Origin: the human T2T-CHM13v2.0 reference genome, Homo sapiens
Strand: one strand, 5' to 3'
Length of the DNA stretch: 64,000 nucleotides
Assembly: GCF_009914755.1 (NCBI RefSeq)
Contig: NC_060936.1
Shown: in pieces, positions 49,109 to 63,853 of the stretch
How the letters are laid out: each line of letters starts with the position of its first letter
Position numbering within the stretch: position 1 is the first letter of the stretch
Program-made: the position numbers and the translations under genes
The notes under the pieces: generated by a model
The model's database searches: none
What the model saw: the letters and a program-made list of their open reading frames with translations, nothing else
Told to the model about the DNA's origin: nothing

Positions 49109-50023
49109 GTTATTATCTTCTCTGAATTTATACACCAAATTGAACTGAGGAAGGTCAGATTTGTGTCTTGCTAAAATATGATTTTCTGTGTGTGTGTCTA
49201 TGTAATACATACACTTGGCTCAGCAAGTGAGGAGATACTTGGGAATTGGTTGAGCAGATGAAGAGAGACTTGGGAATTTCAGAATATCCTTCCACTCAGA
49301 GCCCTCTCAGTAACCAGGTCAGCCACCATAGTTACAGACTTCCTTTCCACCTCACTAAAAATACAGATGGTTTAGCTCATTAGACATTGACACATCCTGT
49401 CTTGGCACAATCTCTATCTCCCATGACATTTATATAAATTAAAACACTGGTAAATTGTATATTCCTAAAATTTGTTATCTGAAATAAAGATCATTTTTAT
49501 TTAGTCCCATAATTTATTTCTTCCACACTCCTCTCATCTTCCTCCTGTAGATATTCTTAGTAATGTGGCCAGGACTTTTTGGATCAAGAACAAACATTCT
49601 CAGAAAGGTTCCTTTTTTGTTGTTCTTTTGTAAAATAAACATTTTTGTTCCTATTCTGAACACTGGAGTTGTTTGAATGATATTTACACCTTTATAGATT
49701 TAAAAAATAGAAGCAGCTGGCAGGGGCTGTCCTTTTTCTGATAGGTGTCGAAATTTTGTCTATACTTTCTCTTTGAAGCCAGATAAGTAATTAATCCTCA
49801 ACAGAAACTGACCTCTTGCAAGTTTAACTGAATACCAGGTTATAAGCAACTGTGGTACACTAAGGAGTTGTCATTAATAATACCAGCTTTCAAATATCAC
49901 TGTTTGAATTGAGCTGAACTTTCCAACCAATAATAGAGAGCTTTTTTGTGTGTGTGGTCTTCTATACTTATTCTAGTCTCTGATTTTCCAGTTAATTTAG
50001 GAAATACCTTTCAGTTCATATAT

Positions 50024-50513
50024 TGTATTTATTTTCTATTGCTGCTGTAACAAATTATCACAACCTTTGTTGCTTAAAGCAATACATTTATTACGTTTCA
50101 GTTCTGTAAGTCAGAAGTCCAACATGGGTCCCACTGTACTAAGATCAAGATTTCATCAGGGCTGTATTCCTTTCTGGAGGCTCCAAGGTAGAGATCCCTT
50201 GACCATTACAGCCTCTAGAGACGTCTTATGTTCCTAGCCATGTGGCCCCTTTCTTCATCTTAAAAGCCAGCAAAGTGGATTTAATCCACATATCACAGCA
50301 GTCTGATCTCTTCTGCCTCCTTCTCCCATTTGAAGGATCCTTGTGATTACCCTGGGTCCAATGAGATAATCTTTCTATTTTAAGGTCAGCTAATTAGGAA
50401 ACTTAATTTCATCTGCAGCCTTAAATCCTCTTTGCCAGGTAACTTACTGTGGTCACAGGTTCCAGGGATCAAAACATGGGAATATTTGAGGGGACACAGT
50501 TTTGTCTACAAAA
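50024..50513 (-). mobile_element. MLT1D-like MaLR solo LTR
   Basis: tgtatttattttctattgctgctgtaacaaatta...gttctgtaagtcagaagtcc...cacaggttccagggat; TSD tatat / tacat. Confidence 0.85.
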
Positions 50514-52109
50514 TACATTTTCTATAGTTCTGCAGTCTTAGTTAAATCAGGGACTCTTAGACATGCCTTCTCAAATATGTCACAATTGCTCTTAAACTAC
50601 ATGTGTAGTTCTGTTTCAAAGTCGAAGTGTATGACTTTTAATTATTTTATACATTACTTCATAATGCAAAATGCAAGCATTTATTGGCTGGAACTAAATA
50701 ATATTTTTATTTGTTTATAAACTAAGAAATACTGTAGCTTCTAGAATATGATGGTAAAAAGACTGAAAATTCCTAGAAATTTCTTAAAACAACCAAATTT
50801 AATATTAAGAAATGGATCTGGAAGAGGTTGTGTTTTTATTACATTTTCAATATGAAAAGATATTTCTCATTCTCCTTTATCTCATGATAATGAAATTTTT
50901 TCAGACAGGCTTCTAACCCATTTCAAGCTTGCTGTGATAAGTACTTGAAAAAAATATTGTTATTAATAAAAATTATAAAGTTTTTAACCCTTTTTAGTGG
51001 AGATAGTTCATTTGAGCGAATACTCTGTTCAGGGCCAAAATCCAGGCATGCTCTACATGTTATACTAGTATGTCATGTTCACCCATGTGCCTCCTTTAAT
51101 CCCTGCTTATAATAAATCTGTGAACATAAACTCAAACGTTAGATAAGTTAATACATTTTTTTGTTGCTCAGGTCTTTATTTGCTCAGTGGTAGTAATAAT
51201 ATTATATATCTGACAGGTTGAAGTGAGAAATAAACATGTTAAAACATGTGAATATCTACATATCTAAAGCATTAGCACAGAGTAGGTGCTCAAAAAATGT
51301 TAGGTATCGTTAACAATAACAAGATCGTCCAGCCTAAAGAAATCTTTAATTGCATTATCAGACCATTGATACCTTATTTAAAGACCTTCCTGTGGCTCCA
51401 TAAAATTAAAAAAACTCAAGGTTTTGAAAGCATCAAAAATTGTAAAAATCACTTTAATGTAGCTACATTTGCCATAATAAACTACAAGGAGCAAGTCAAG
51501 CTAAGAAAGAGTGGAACAGAATATTAAGTTTTGTTGTCAAAATTAAAGTCACACCTGCTGACAAATTCTGAGTTCCATGATAGACAGTTGAAGGAGTACA
51601 ATTTGCTCCAATGAAACATAGCTTATTCTACAAACATAAAGAGAAAAATTGCCATTCCTGAAAAGGGCATTTCAGGTAGATAATGATATAGCTATGTGAC
51701 TCATGAATTCTTATAATAGCTTTAAATAATATTTTGAGATTCATTTTCTGGTTAACACTTTATACACCATTTACATACATCTCTTGAAAATCTTTCCCAA
51801 ATTTATCAGTTAGTTCAGTTACTTTACTGAATATATAAAGTATAATAAATCTAATTCATTTATTCCTTAGGTGATTATGATTTTCAAAAAAATTTAAATG
51901 CCAACATAATAAAAATCAAATTGCATTGCAACAAAAGATTGATAGAGAAATGTTTGATAGTCATTACCAGAATTATCCTTTAAAAATTGTTTTTGTCTTT
52001 ACCACATGCACACATAATTGTTAAGAGAATTAATAAATCCATCAAAGTGAAGCAAATACTTCACGATTTCATTTTTCTCCTAACTAAAGTGTGGTTTTAA
52101 AAAGTTTAT

Positions 52110-53600
52110 TAAATAATACGGTCAACAAATGAGCATCTACTATGAGTGAAGCAATGGACTAGGCACTGAGTTTTAAGTAAGAAAAACCAATAACAAATAT
52201 GGTCTGATGATCTAATGGAAAAGGGAAATAGTACATATGTAATTACAGGTGTAATTATTAGTCCCAATAAGAAGTGTAAACAGTAGAAAATATACAGTAG
52301 TTTTACCTTTCCCGGGCATTCAGAAGGTTTCTTTGAAGAAATAATATTTCAATTAAATCCTGAATGATGAAAAAGAATTAGCAAGGCAAGAAGTAGGATG
52401 AGTGTCCAGGATAACACCCTGGGAAAATGTCAGTTATCAAAAATCAAGTCCTTTTGAGGAGCCAGAAGGCCAAGATGATGAAAAGGGAGAGAATGAAACT
52501 GAGTAGCATAAGGTGAACCTAGAGAGTGTGTAGTGTCACGGGTCGTTAAGGAACTTCCAAGTCAACTGAGGAATTATAAATGTTATCCTGAGATAATGGG
52601 GAACCACTGAAAAACTATAACCAGTGGAGATATTTGGTTAGTGTCTTAAATAAAACATACATAATTGGATTACTGTATAAGGCACAAAAATGAATTGCAG
52701 AAAATGGAAAAGGAGTCCCAGAGTCAATACAATATTTCAAGTGAAAATATGAAAGCTTTAAATGACAATTATGGTAGTGATAGACAGAGAGGGAAGATAG
52801 ATTTAAGATATATTTATGTAGTACATCCTACAAGGACTGGTGGATTATTGGATATAGAAGAAGAAAGATGAGGAAGGGTTCAAAGGTGAAACTCTGGTTT
52901 CTGGTTTGAGCAGCTGCGTGAATAATTGGGTCATTTTTTTGCCCCATAGAACACTGGAATAAGAGCAGATTCTTGGGTGAATTATGATTGGTTTTGGACT
53001 TTCACTTGGAGACTTAAAAAATATCCAAATGGAGCTATTGATTAAGTAATAAGAAGAGTGGCCAAGGTTAAAGTCATTGACAAATGGATGGGATGGTAAT
53101 TTAAACCACAGGAGGTATGAAATAATTTACAATAAAAGAATAACAGGGAAGAAAAAAAGCCCTGACAAGGATAAGATGGAAAATGCATAATAGGCAAAAA
53201 AAAAAAAAAAAAAGCCAGTGTTTGAGAAAGAGCAAACACAGAAAGACTCAGAAATTCCAGTGTCACGGAAAGCCAAAGTGAGAAAGCAAGAAATTTTAAG
53301 TATGGTGAACGGTATCAAATCCTGTGAAGAGATAAATTCAAAAAGGATGGAAAACTGTCTTTTGAATTTACTAACATAAAGTCAGTTGATGAATTTAATG
53401 TTAGTAGTTTTAGGGAAGTATAAAAGGCTCTGCAATTATTTCGAGTTTTTTGGGGGAAAAAAAGTTTAGCTAACCATATTAAGGTGATTAGTTGTGGTGG
53501 GTAGAAAAGAGTTAAAACTGTGTCTATGGATGGGGTAATTGCTGGTCAAGAAGAGACTGTTTAGCTAATACGAAAGAGACTTTAGCATGCCAACATGCTT
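52110..53600 (-). mobile_element. L2 (about 1.5 kb, degraded)
   Basis: caacaaatgagcatctactatg...ctaggcactg 3' end, followed by purine-rich L2 body. Confidence 0.75.
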
Positions 53601-53931
53601 ATAGATTTCCCTCTGTAGTCAAATGATAAGTGGATATTCAATAGAAAAAGAGAATATTGACTTTGAATAGACTCATGAAACTTTCATTAAAATTGACGTG
53701 AACTTATTTTTCTATCACAGGAGTTTTGTCAGTCTATCCAAAGTCAATACTTTCCTTTCAGACTTATAATGTTGTAAGCCCTGATAGAGTTTTATAGTAC
53801 TTAAGGAATTATTTCACTTGCTAAAAAAAAGCCCACAAAACAGTTAGTTATAGTTATTTATCCTATATCTGTCTTACAAGCTCTTTTCTTTCAAATTCAA
53901 TATATTTTCTTTCATTTTATGCTTTTTCTAG

Positions 53932-54009
53932 GAAAATTTCTATCTTCTTTTGTATTATCAAGGAGATATTTGGAGCAGAGTCAACCCTCTCAGTTACATA
54001 AAATAAAAA
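53932..54009 (+). other. PIK3C2G: 5'UTR portion of the first coding exon
   Basis: Long pyrimidine tract ending gctttttctag at 53931; 78 nt to the ATG. Confidence 0.85.
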
Positions 54010-54684
54010 ATGGCATATTCTTGGCAAACGGATCCAAATCCTAATGAATCACACGAAAAGCAGTATGAACACCAAGAATTTCTCTTTGTAAATCAACCCC
54101 ATTCTTCTAGCCAAGTCAGTCTGGGTTTTGATCAGATAGTAGATGAGATCAGTGGCAAAATTCCACACTACGAGAGTGAAATTGATGAAAACACCTTTTT
54201 TGTGCCCACTGCACCAAAATGGGACTCAACAGGGCATTCATTAAATGAAGCACACCAAATATCCTTGAATGAATTCACTTCTAAAAGCCGTGAACTCTCC
54301 TGGCATCAAGTTAGCAAAGCACCAGCAATTGGTTTTAGTCCTTCTGTGTTACCAAAACCTCAAAATACGAATAAAGAATGCTCCTGGGGAAGCATAGGAA
54401 AACATCATGGTGCTGATGATTCCAGATTCAGTATTTTAGCTCTATCATTCACAAGTTTGGATAAAATTAATCTAGAGAAAGAATTAGAAAATGAAAATCA
54501 TAACTACCATATAGGATTTGAAAGTAGCATTCCTCCAACAAATTCATCCTTCTCAAGTGACTTCATGCCGAAAGAAGAGAATAAAAGGAGTGGACATGTG
54601 AACATTGTGGAACCATCTTTGATGCTTTTGAAAGGCTCTCTTCAACCCGGAATGTGGGAAAGTACATGGCAGAAGAATATAGAG
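54010..54684 (+). CDS. PIK3C2G: PIK3C2G first coding exon (225 codons, N-terminal region)
   Basis: Translation MAYSWQTDPNPNESHEKQYEHQEF...STWQKNIE is recognised as the PI3K-C2gamma N-terminus. Start context aaaATGG; donor GAG|gtaagt at 54684/54685, phase 0. The ORF track runs on into the intron to 54717. Confidence 0.97.
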
Positions 54685-55679
54685 GTAAGTATAATACATG
54701 TCAATGTAAAAATATGAATCTGAAAGAATCATTCAATAATGTATTGGGTTAATTTGGTAATGAAGATAACTAAACTTAAATAGGGAAATCTATTCATCTT
54801 ACTTTTGAAAAAAATTTTCACAAATGATGTGTTCTTGTATTAATGATTTTTTTTCTGAGAAAAAGGGAAATTTAAAAAAAATATCATCTATAAAGTTCCA
54901 GTTCCAGTTTCATCAAAACTATTATAAAATTTTACTTGGTTTTAGTTATGGTACCTTCATTTCATTGATAAAAATAGCAGAGTTGAAGGTTTAACTGATA
55001 ATATTTTCTGTTTTTTGTTTAATGCACATACACAAACACAAATACGTTTCATTACATTATATTTTGAGTCACATTGTAATGATTTGAAACTTTATATCAT
55101 TATTGGTAGGAAAAAATGCCCCTTTACCCAGAGTCTCCTAATTTATACGATTGGCAGGCAACTTCTATTGAGATCATTCCAAGGGTAGGAAATTAAGTAT
55201 TCATTGTGTGACTCATCTTAATGCTTTTATTACTAGCTTTCCAATCATTTTAGTAACCAGAGTTTTTTCTGTATTTGAAGATTTCTCTACTTATTTCTCT
55301 GCTTGAGTCTAGACAAAGTAAAATCAGCAGTAAATAATATTTATTTCCGACTTAAAAAAGAAGAAACATTATTGCAGCTGCAGTTTCCTGGGTGAGGCAG
55401 AAGGGTTCTTTATTTATTCAACAACTATTTATCAAATCCTTAAAACATATTGTGATATGCTATCCAGAATGAATGCAAAGAAGAAAAGATATGATACTTG
55501 AATTCAGGAATAGCATATTGCTCATGTTTACTTGCAAACAAATAATGGCAACATAGTAAAATAACAGGTGGAGTAAGTGCATAGGAAAAGAAACATCTAA
55601 TTCTACTTCATTTGAATTCACTTGCAAAAGAGGTAGCACCTCAAAGGATCTAAATTAAAATTCAGTAAATCTTAGGGCT

Positions 55680-58670
55680 GTCTAGTTCTGATCACAATAG
55701 TGTAATAACTACTAAACTTTCCCTACTCATCAAAACAACTATACAATTAGACGAAATAAGTGAATCAGGTGATTGAAGGTGTTGAATAGGCAGTATGGAA
55801 CATAAATCCTTGAGAAAAGCAAGCCCTGTGATCATCTCAGTCTGTGCCTGAGGGTAATTTCATGCTGCTATGCAGGCTGCTGGAGCCCAATTTGAGCAGC
55901 AGTATCACTGACTGCGAAGACAGTGCCTGCAGTTCCAAGTTGCAGAAGCAGCTGTGATTTGACAAGCAGAGTGCTAAAGAAGAGGTAGCTATGAAATGGG
56001 TATGGGTCAGAAGTAGAGAGAGGACTTACGGCTTGGCCAAGTATTGGGATGTGCTTGCAAGCCTTAGTAGATAATGTCAGCGTTTGGCTGAGAATTGGAT
56101 AGGATTGTGTTAATTACACAGACTTGAAGTTACAACGCAGAAATTTGGGCCAAATTAGAGAAGAGACTGAGCTGAGCGCTTCAGGCATTCAAATGAAGCT
56201 ACAAAGCCATGTCTTAAGAGTAAAACTCATGCTCTAAAATCAATGCTACATCAACCAAAATAGATGTGGCCTAACAACAACAAAAATTCAGAATCATAAG
56301 GCAAATAAGACAAGGATTTTAACTGCCTGCCAATGAAAAAAAAACTTAACGATTCATAGTGTGCCATCTACAAAATTCAACATAAAATAAAAATGCATAG
56401 ATATGTAAAGAAGCAGGGAATTTTGGCTCTCGCTCAAGAAAATAACTCTACCAGTCAAAAGAGCCTCTGAGATAATCCAGATGTTGGAATTAACAGATGG
56501 GAACTTTAAATTGGTTATTAAAAGTATGTTCAAGTAGATAAAGTTAAAGAAGTTCATAATGGCTAGCCTAGTGATGATCTCAGCAGGAAATTAGAAACAT
56601 CAAGAAACAAAGGAACAAAAACAAAGGCCAAGTCCAGCGCTGGAAACAAAACATAGGCAATAAAAAAGTAACTGGATGTGCTTAACAACAGATAGGAAAG
56701 AACAGGGGAAAAAATAATAATTTGAAAGCAAAACTGTAGAAATTAGCCAAACTGAAGTACAGAAAACACAGGGATCACATAAACATGAGCAGGGATTCAG
56801 AGACTTATGAGACAAGAAACATAATATGTGGACAACTGGAATGCTAACAGGAGGAAAGAAAAATAGGGAGCAAAATTAATTTGAAGAAATAATGGTCAGG
56901 AAATTATTCAAATTTGATAGAAAATATCAAATTACAGATCTAACAAGCTCGCCACAACCCAAATAGAATAAATGCAAAGACAGCCACATATAGACATTTT
57001 ATACTCAAACATCTGAAAATTAAAAGAGAAAATTAGGGAAGGGGGCAAAAATGTAAGAAAAGATTTCACACAGTGGAACAACAATCTGAATGAAAGAAAA
57101 CTTGTCACTCAAAACAATGGAAGCCAGAGACAATAGAATGACATTTTTAAATTCTTTAAAAGAAAATAAAACATACTTCTATATCCACTGAGTATAAGTT
57201 TCAAAACCAAAAACAAAATAAAGACATTACCATAAACAAATGCTGAAAGAAATTAGTCAGCTAGCAGGCACATGAGAAATGCCAAATTAAATACTTCTGG
57301 TACAAGGAAAATGACACCAGATGGAATCTAGGAAAGAGTGAAGAGTGATAGAAATAGTAAATATGTTGAATAATACAAATGACTACTTTAAATTTTTTGA
57401 AAGACAATGTACCAAGCAATATAATAGCATGTTATTGTAGGATTTATTGTGTATGTGGATAAAAACTATTTGACAATAATAACATAATGGGTGGAAGGGG
57501 TTAAATGTTATTTTGCTATTGTAAATTCTTACATATTAAATGCAATGGTACAATAGTAGTTCTAAGTAAACTGAGATATATTAAGGGTGTATATTGCAAT
57601 TCCTAGAGCTAGTACCATGAATTATAAAAAAAAGAAAAATAGAAGAAAATCTAAAAATGCAGCAAAGGCATAAAATAAAATAAACATGTCAGGAGAAACA
57701 GAAGAACAGAATAAAATAGAAAAGACAAATAGAAACAAATATAAATAAGACAGTCTTAAATCTAACAATTTCCATAAATATACTAAATGTAAATAGAATA
57801 AACATTCCAAACAAAAGGCAGGAATTGACAAATGAGATAAAAAAGGAAGGACTCAATTGTTGTCTACAAGGGACACAAGAAACAAAGGCAGAGAGAGATT
57901 GAAAGCAAAATAAACAAAAAGACAACATTCAATCAGAAAAAAATGCTTGTATGATTATTAATATCAGAAAAAGTATATTTCAGGGCTGAGTACTATTAGA
58001 GAAAAAAGGGATCATTTCGTAATGCTAAAATGGTCAATCAGGAAGAGATAATAAATTTAAATGTGTATGTACCTAATAACAGTTTTAAAACGCATAAGGC
58101 AAAAATGGTTTCTTTAATCCTACATGCACTCACTGACCAAGCTATTCATTCATATATTCCCAAGCTATTCATGCATATATTCCCAATAAATGAAGCATGC
58201 ATTCACATAATTACTTGTATATGAGCATTAATAGTTTTCTTTACAATACCAAAAAGCTAAAAACAACTCAGAGGTTCATTAATAGGAAGATGACTAAACG
58301 AACTGTGGAACAGTTACACAATGGAATACTACTAATCAGCAATAACAATGATAAACCTTTGATATGTGTGATAGCAGAAATAATTTTAAAACATGTGTAT
58401 CATTACATAGAAGCCACAAACAAAAGAATGCATATACATTATTTATGGTGATATAAATCTAAATAACAGTAGTTACCAAATAGATATGCAGATGGATATA
58501 AAAAAGACATGGGGACATTTTCTAAAATGAAAGAAATGTTCTATATTGTCATTGGGGTACTGATAGTAGAGTTTTATGCCTTCCACAGAACTCAAATTAT
58601 ATACTTAAGATCTGTGCATTTTTCTATGTGTAAATATTACTTCAATTTTTAAAAAATCTAAAAAAAATTA
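55680..58670 (+). mobile_element. Old L1M (5'UTR, ORF1, ORF2 start and 3' end pieces) in sense orientation
   Basis: A-rich; cagatgttggaattaacaga, gaagaaataatgg, aaacaatggaagccaga; ORF 58030 NQEEIINLNVYVPNN (endonuclease-like); 3' end cttaagatctgtgcattt. Confidence 0.8.
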
Positions 58671-58772
58671 AAAATGAAGTCTGAATGAAACTTCAAAACA
58701 GGATAAAATTGTAGAATTATTTAATAGTTTCTCTTCTCCAAATTATATTAATTTAGTAGATTTTATTTTAAG

Positions 58773-58855
58773 TCAATAGGTTGTTCCATTCAGCTAGTGG
58801 AAGTACCTCAAAGCAGCAATACGAGTCTGGCCTCTTTTTGCAACAAAGTAAAAAA
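58773..58855 (+). CDS. PIK3C2G: PIK3C2G second coding exon (83 nt)
   Basis: Acceptor ttttattttaag|TCA, donor AA|gtgagt. Reads SIGCSIQLVEVPQSSNTSLASFCNKVK plus 2 nt and is phase-compatible with both neighbours. Confidence 0.95.
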
Positions 58856-59499
58856 GTGAGTACTGGTATTTCATTAAACTTTGAAATTTTTGTGCCTGAA
58901 TAAATTTGTGTATTTTGACATCACTGAACTGATTAATTTTGCATATAAAAGTCAAAGTCATGTAATTTCTGAACACACTAAAAAATAAAATTTTTTGACA
59001 AATTAGTTCAATAATCAACTTCTGTTAATGTTTTTGTTGTTTATAGTCAAATAGATGTTTTTCTCTTAAAAATTTGGTTAAAGTTAAATGTTTTATAAAT
59101 TTGGACATGCACTTGTTTGTTGGTGGTTTGGTTTGCAGTGAATTTTTTTTTTTGTTTAATGACGTAAGTGACTAACTCCTCTGGCTAACCCCCAAATTAA
59201 CACAAACTTATCCTCCCTACCTGGGACAGTCTATTTAGAATCATCATAGTTCAATCTTATCTTGAGTGGATTGGCAGAATATTGAATAAATACGTGTGTG
59301 TTAATGCATTGAGAAATGAATTTGATCACTGGCAGATATTCCAAAAAAATCACTGATATTTTGTTAATCTAAAAATGAATTTATGATATAAACATAGATG
59401 CCTTCTTTAAGGCAAATTTCATATTAGCAATTAAAATTTATATAGTTCTACCTCTTCTGTTGCTAGGGTTTCTGAAAGTTTTGAAAAACTAATGCATTC

Positions 59500-60107
<608 letters not shown>

Positions 60108-61481
60108 AAACTAATGCATTCATATTTTAATTCTTTAGTTTTAACTCAGTTTTGGCTATTGTTTGAAATATAATAACTATACATTTTTATAAGCTTTCAG
60201 TTTCTACCAAATGATTATTTGAAATAAAATGTTTGAATCATTTATTTAATCATTCATTTAAAGTCTGTTTCATTGTCTAATAACTAGCTTATGCATGAGA
60301 GATACTCAAATTTAAAATAAACAAGTAAACAAAAAAGCAAGGTCCCTGCCTCATAAAACCTATAACCATAAGAAGGATTGAAAGGCTTACACACAAAGAT
60401 ACAAAACAAATCACCTCAAGTTCACGAAAATGTTCAATCTTTAATTAATTTCTTGCTCCAGTTTATGGGAAAAAAATTCTAAATAGTACTTAGGATTCCT
60501 AAATTAGGGTCTTTAATGTCATCAACATTTATTCTTTCAGGAATAAGCTACTCACTGTGACAATATGATAAGCATAGCTAGAAACTTGCTACTTTAAGTC
60601 TAAAATATGGTTAATTTTTATTTTACCTTCTAAGCATGGCAAAGAACTCTCTTCATACTTTAAGATATCACTCTTCTGAATAACTCTACTCACAGACCAC
60701 ATTATTAGCTCCTCCAGCAATTCTCTTTTTTAAAACACAATTTCTTATTCTTGGATGAAATATTTTTGTGGATGCACTAGTGACATCGAAATACTTGATG
60801 TGATGATTTTCCAGTGACTTATAGTGCATTTTCCAAGCTCTTTAATATAATTTTTCTAAATAGTTTATTTCATAATAGTCATGAAAACTAAAACATACAC
60901 CAAACAATAACTTTAGAGTAGTGAAAAGAAGCCATAAGTTATATTCACACACTCTTTCCTTGTTTTCAATAATTTGTTTGTTGGCAAATATTTATAAAAT
61001 GATTAAATGTATACATGCATAATTATTTTGTACACAACAGGATATTTACTCAAAAATAAGTATGTTTGAGGACCTAGTATGTGGCAAGCACCCTTAATTC
61101 AAAAGAAGATCAAATGGAATTTGAGAGCTGTTTCAAAAGAGGTTCTCCAAAACTTTGATTTCTCATTGTAACATACTTTAAAGCCACATCTTTCAAAAAA
61201 AATGCCATATTCTTGTAACAAATATGGTAACATGCCATAACATATGAAAGAAGTTTCTGGCCCATGGTAGATGCTCAGCAAAAGTTTAGGAGAGAATGAA
61301 TCATGAATTTGTATTTTAAATTTAATTTCTTAAAATGGTAGAAGCTGAAATCATGGACGCATTGAGGAGTGTCTTATTATATGATAAATGCTAACTCATA
61401 AGGCTCCTCAATCCCTAACTGGACTCTAGACCTTTATGGTAGAGTATAACAATGAAGAGTGGCCCATGTCCTTATTCTGAG

Positions 61482-61610
61482 CAGTGGCTCTCAAACTGCA
61501 GTTCCAGAGCAGCAACAGCAGCAGCTTACTTGGAAAATTGTTAGTAGGACAAGTTTGGGGAACCCTCCACAGATCTACTGAATCAGAAACTAAGGGGATG
61601 GGATCCAGAA
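61482..61610. mobile_element. MER5A hAT MITE fragment
   Basis: cagtggctctcaaact...atctactgaatcagaaact...gggatccagaa. Confidence 0.75.
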
Positions 61611-61954
61611 CACGAGTGGATACAGATGCATGCCAGGCCATTGGGTGAATGTGTATTTACTTACCCATTTGCCAGGCCCCTGATGGAGGAGATGTTTCCA
61701 TGGAATAAAGCTTTAGTGCTACAAAAATAGCTATTAGGTTTGTGCAAAATTAACTGCAGTTTCTGCAATTTAGGTAGAGAACCATGAGGTTTAGATGTCA
61801 GCATAGTTAACATAAAAAAAAACAAGATTTCATATTCACCCTCAGAAACATTTTAAATATCCACTTGAAAATATCTTCATGTTATGTTCTACATGTGGGC
61901 ATAAAACACTGATCACAGGGAATCAAGCTATGGTAACATATAATGACAATTATA

Positions 61955-62195
61955 CTTTACATGTGTATATTGCTTTATAATCTGTAAATCTTTTACATGT
62001 CTTTTCTATTGTAATAGAAAACCTTTGAGGTAGATATTAATATCCACCTCAGTAAACCTTTGAGGTAGCTATTAATATCTTTACTTGTTCAAAAAAATTG
62101 GTCAAATAACTTGCCTCTGGCCATAACATTACTAAATGAAAGTGCCAGGATTCAAAGTCAAGGCTTCTGGCTCCAAGGATAAACTGTTTTTGCAA
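61955..62195 (-). mobile_element. MIR
   Basis: tgaggtagatatta...aataacttgcc...gccaggattcaaag...tctggctcca. Confidence 0.7.
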
Positions 62196-62781
62196 TTCTT
62201 TGACTCATTTATGTGTAAGCAATTGTTCAGAATATAAGAATTACTTTTAGGCTCCAATATTTGTGTAAAATTCAAGTAGTTGTGTAGTATCCAAAAATTT
62301 TAAAGAAAATGGAGAGACAAAAATAGTGTTTACAAACTTGACAAGAACAAGAGAATTTATTTGCCAAAATTTCTAAATCAAAATGAATGACTCGCAGCTT
62401 GACAAAATTAGGCATGAAAGAAATCCAAGAGGAAGAACTCTGACATCAAAAGCAATGTAAATGAAGCAAGTAATAATATTCAGCGTGAATCCTCACGTTT
62501 CATGTTATGACAATGAATTCTTAATTATTTCAAATGAGATGCTCCTGGGAAAGCCTAAAGAACAGTCCTTTACACTTGTTTTTGGTATAATTGCAATCTC
62601 TACCAATCTGGACTAGCTAAATGCACTGCATCACAAATCAATTACTGATTGCTTTCATCTTTTAAGTCTTTTATAGCAAAACACTACATGAAGTTTCTTA
62701 AAATTACATTGTGGGCAATATGTTTTAAACTGTGTCTTGCAGGTCTTGTCCTAAGTATTTTTCTTAACATATGTTTTTCAG

Positions 62782-62939
62782 AATCAGAGAAAGATATCAT
62801 GCAGCTGATGTTAATTTCAATTCTGGGAAGATCTGGAGCACTACTACAGCATTTCCGTATCAGCTCTTTTCTAAGACCAAGTTTAATATACATATTTTTA
62901 TTGATAACTCAACACAACCTCTTCATTTTATGCCATGTG
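62782..62939 (+). CDS. PIK3C2G: PIK3C2G third coding exon (158 nt)
   Basis: Acceptor tttttcag|A, donor TGTG|gtaagc. Completes the Lys codon, then IRERYHAADVNFNSGKIWSTTTAFPYQLFSKTKFNIHIFIDNSTQPLHFMPC. The gene continues beyond the window. Confidence 0.95.
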
Positions 62940-63853
62940 GTAAGCAACCTTGCAAATAAGTCTACAAATCTATACAAAGCTGGTATTGGCGACGTAGCCT
63001 TGAATTCAAAGTCTGAAGTTATTAAAAAATAATATTAGCTACTGTTTTTCTCTGAAGTGAAATAAGAAGAAAACATCAGGGATCCATTTGTTAATACTTA
63101 AGGGAGGAAAGCAAAACTATTTTCTTCAAGAAGTATTTTCACATAGCTCACCCGACAATATTTTATCTTCCTGCTATAAAATGCTTAATAGCAAGTATAG
63201 CAAGTTTTTAATATATTAAAAAATGAATTTCAAAAGATTCTAGATAAGGATGGTATTAAAGTAAAAATGGCTGCTTCTATCTATTAGGAACAAGTATTTC
63301 CTTGAAATATAAATAAATTGTGAGGTAGAATAGGCATTGTTACACAGAATCTCTATTTCCTTAATGAGGAATCTAGTAGCATGGTATAACATACCTCCAT
63401 CAGAATTAGCAAACCTACTGATTCAGTCTCTGGGGATGACACCCAGGAATTTATATTTTATCAAATTCGCCTGAGGATTTTTACTTTTCTAAAGTTTTAG
63501 AATATCTGTAAAGTTATTTAGTATCTTACTTCATTGTTATAGTCCACTATTTTGCAAAACAGTATTAGCTCTTTAAACATTTAGATTGCTATTAAGTGAG
63601 TTTCTACATATCAACAGGAAACTATTTCCTGGCACATAATGATCCATTAAATATTTTCTTTTATTTATTAATTATTGTTATTATTGTGCTTCTTTCTTAC
63701 TCTATTCAAGGTTCTCAGCTAATGCAGATGACTCCAATCATAGCAGTGTTATATTGGTATATTAGTTAAGACCCTCTTGGTTGGAAATGAAAAGAAACCA
63801 ATTCCTGCTAGCTTAAGCAAAAAAAAAAAAAAAATTGTTTTAAAGAATATAGG

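Noticed and set aside
54685-54717. C-terminal VSIIHVNVKI of the 235-aa ORF
   Set aside because: Intronic run-on past the consensus donor; the true frame continues at 58773.
62649-63032. 127-aa ORF overlapping the third coding exon in another frame
   Set aside because: Non-ATG start in the intron, low-complexity composition and no recognisable homology.
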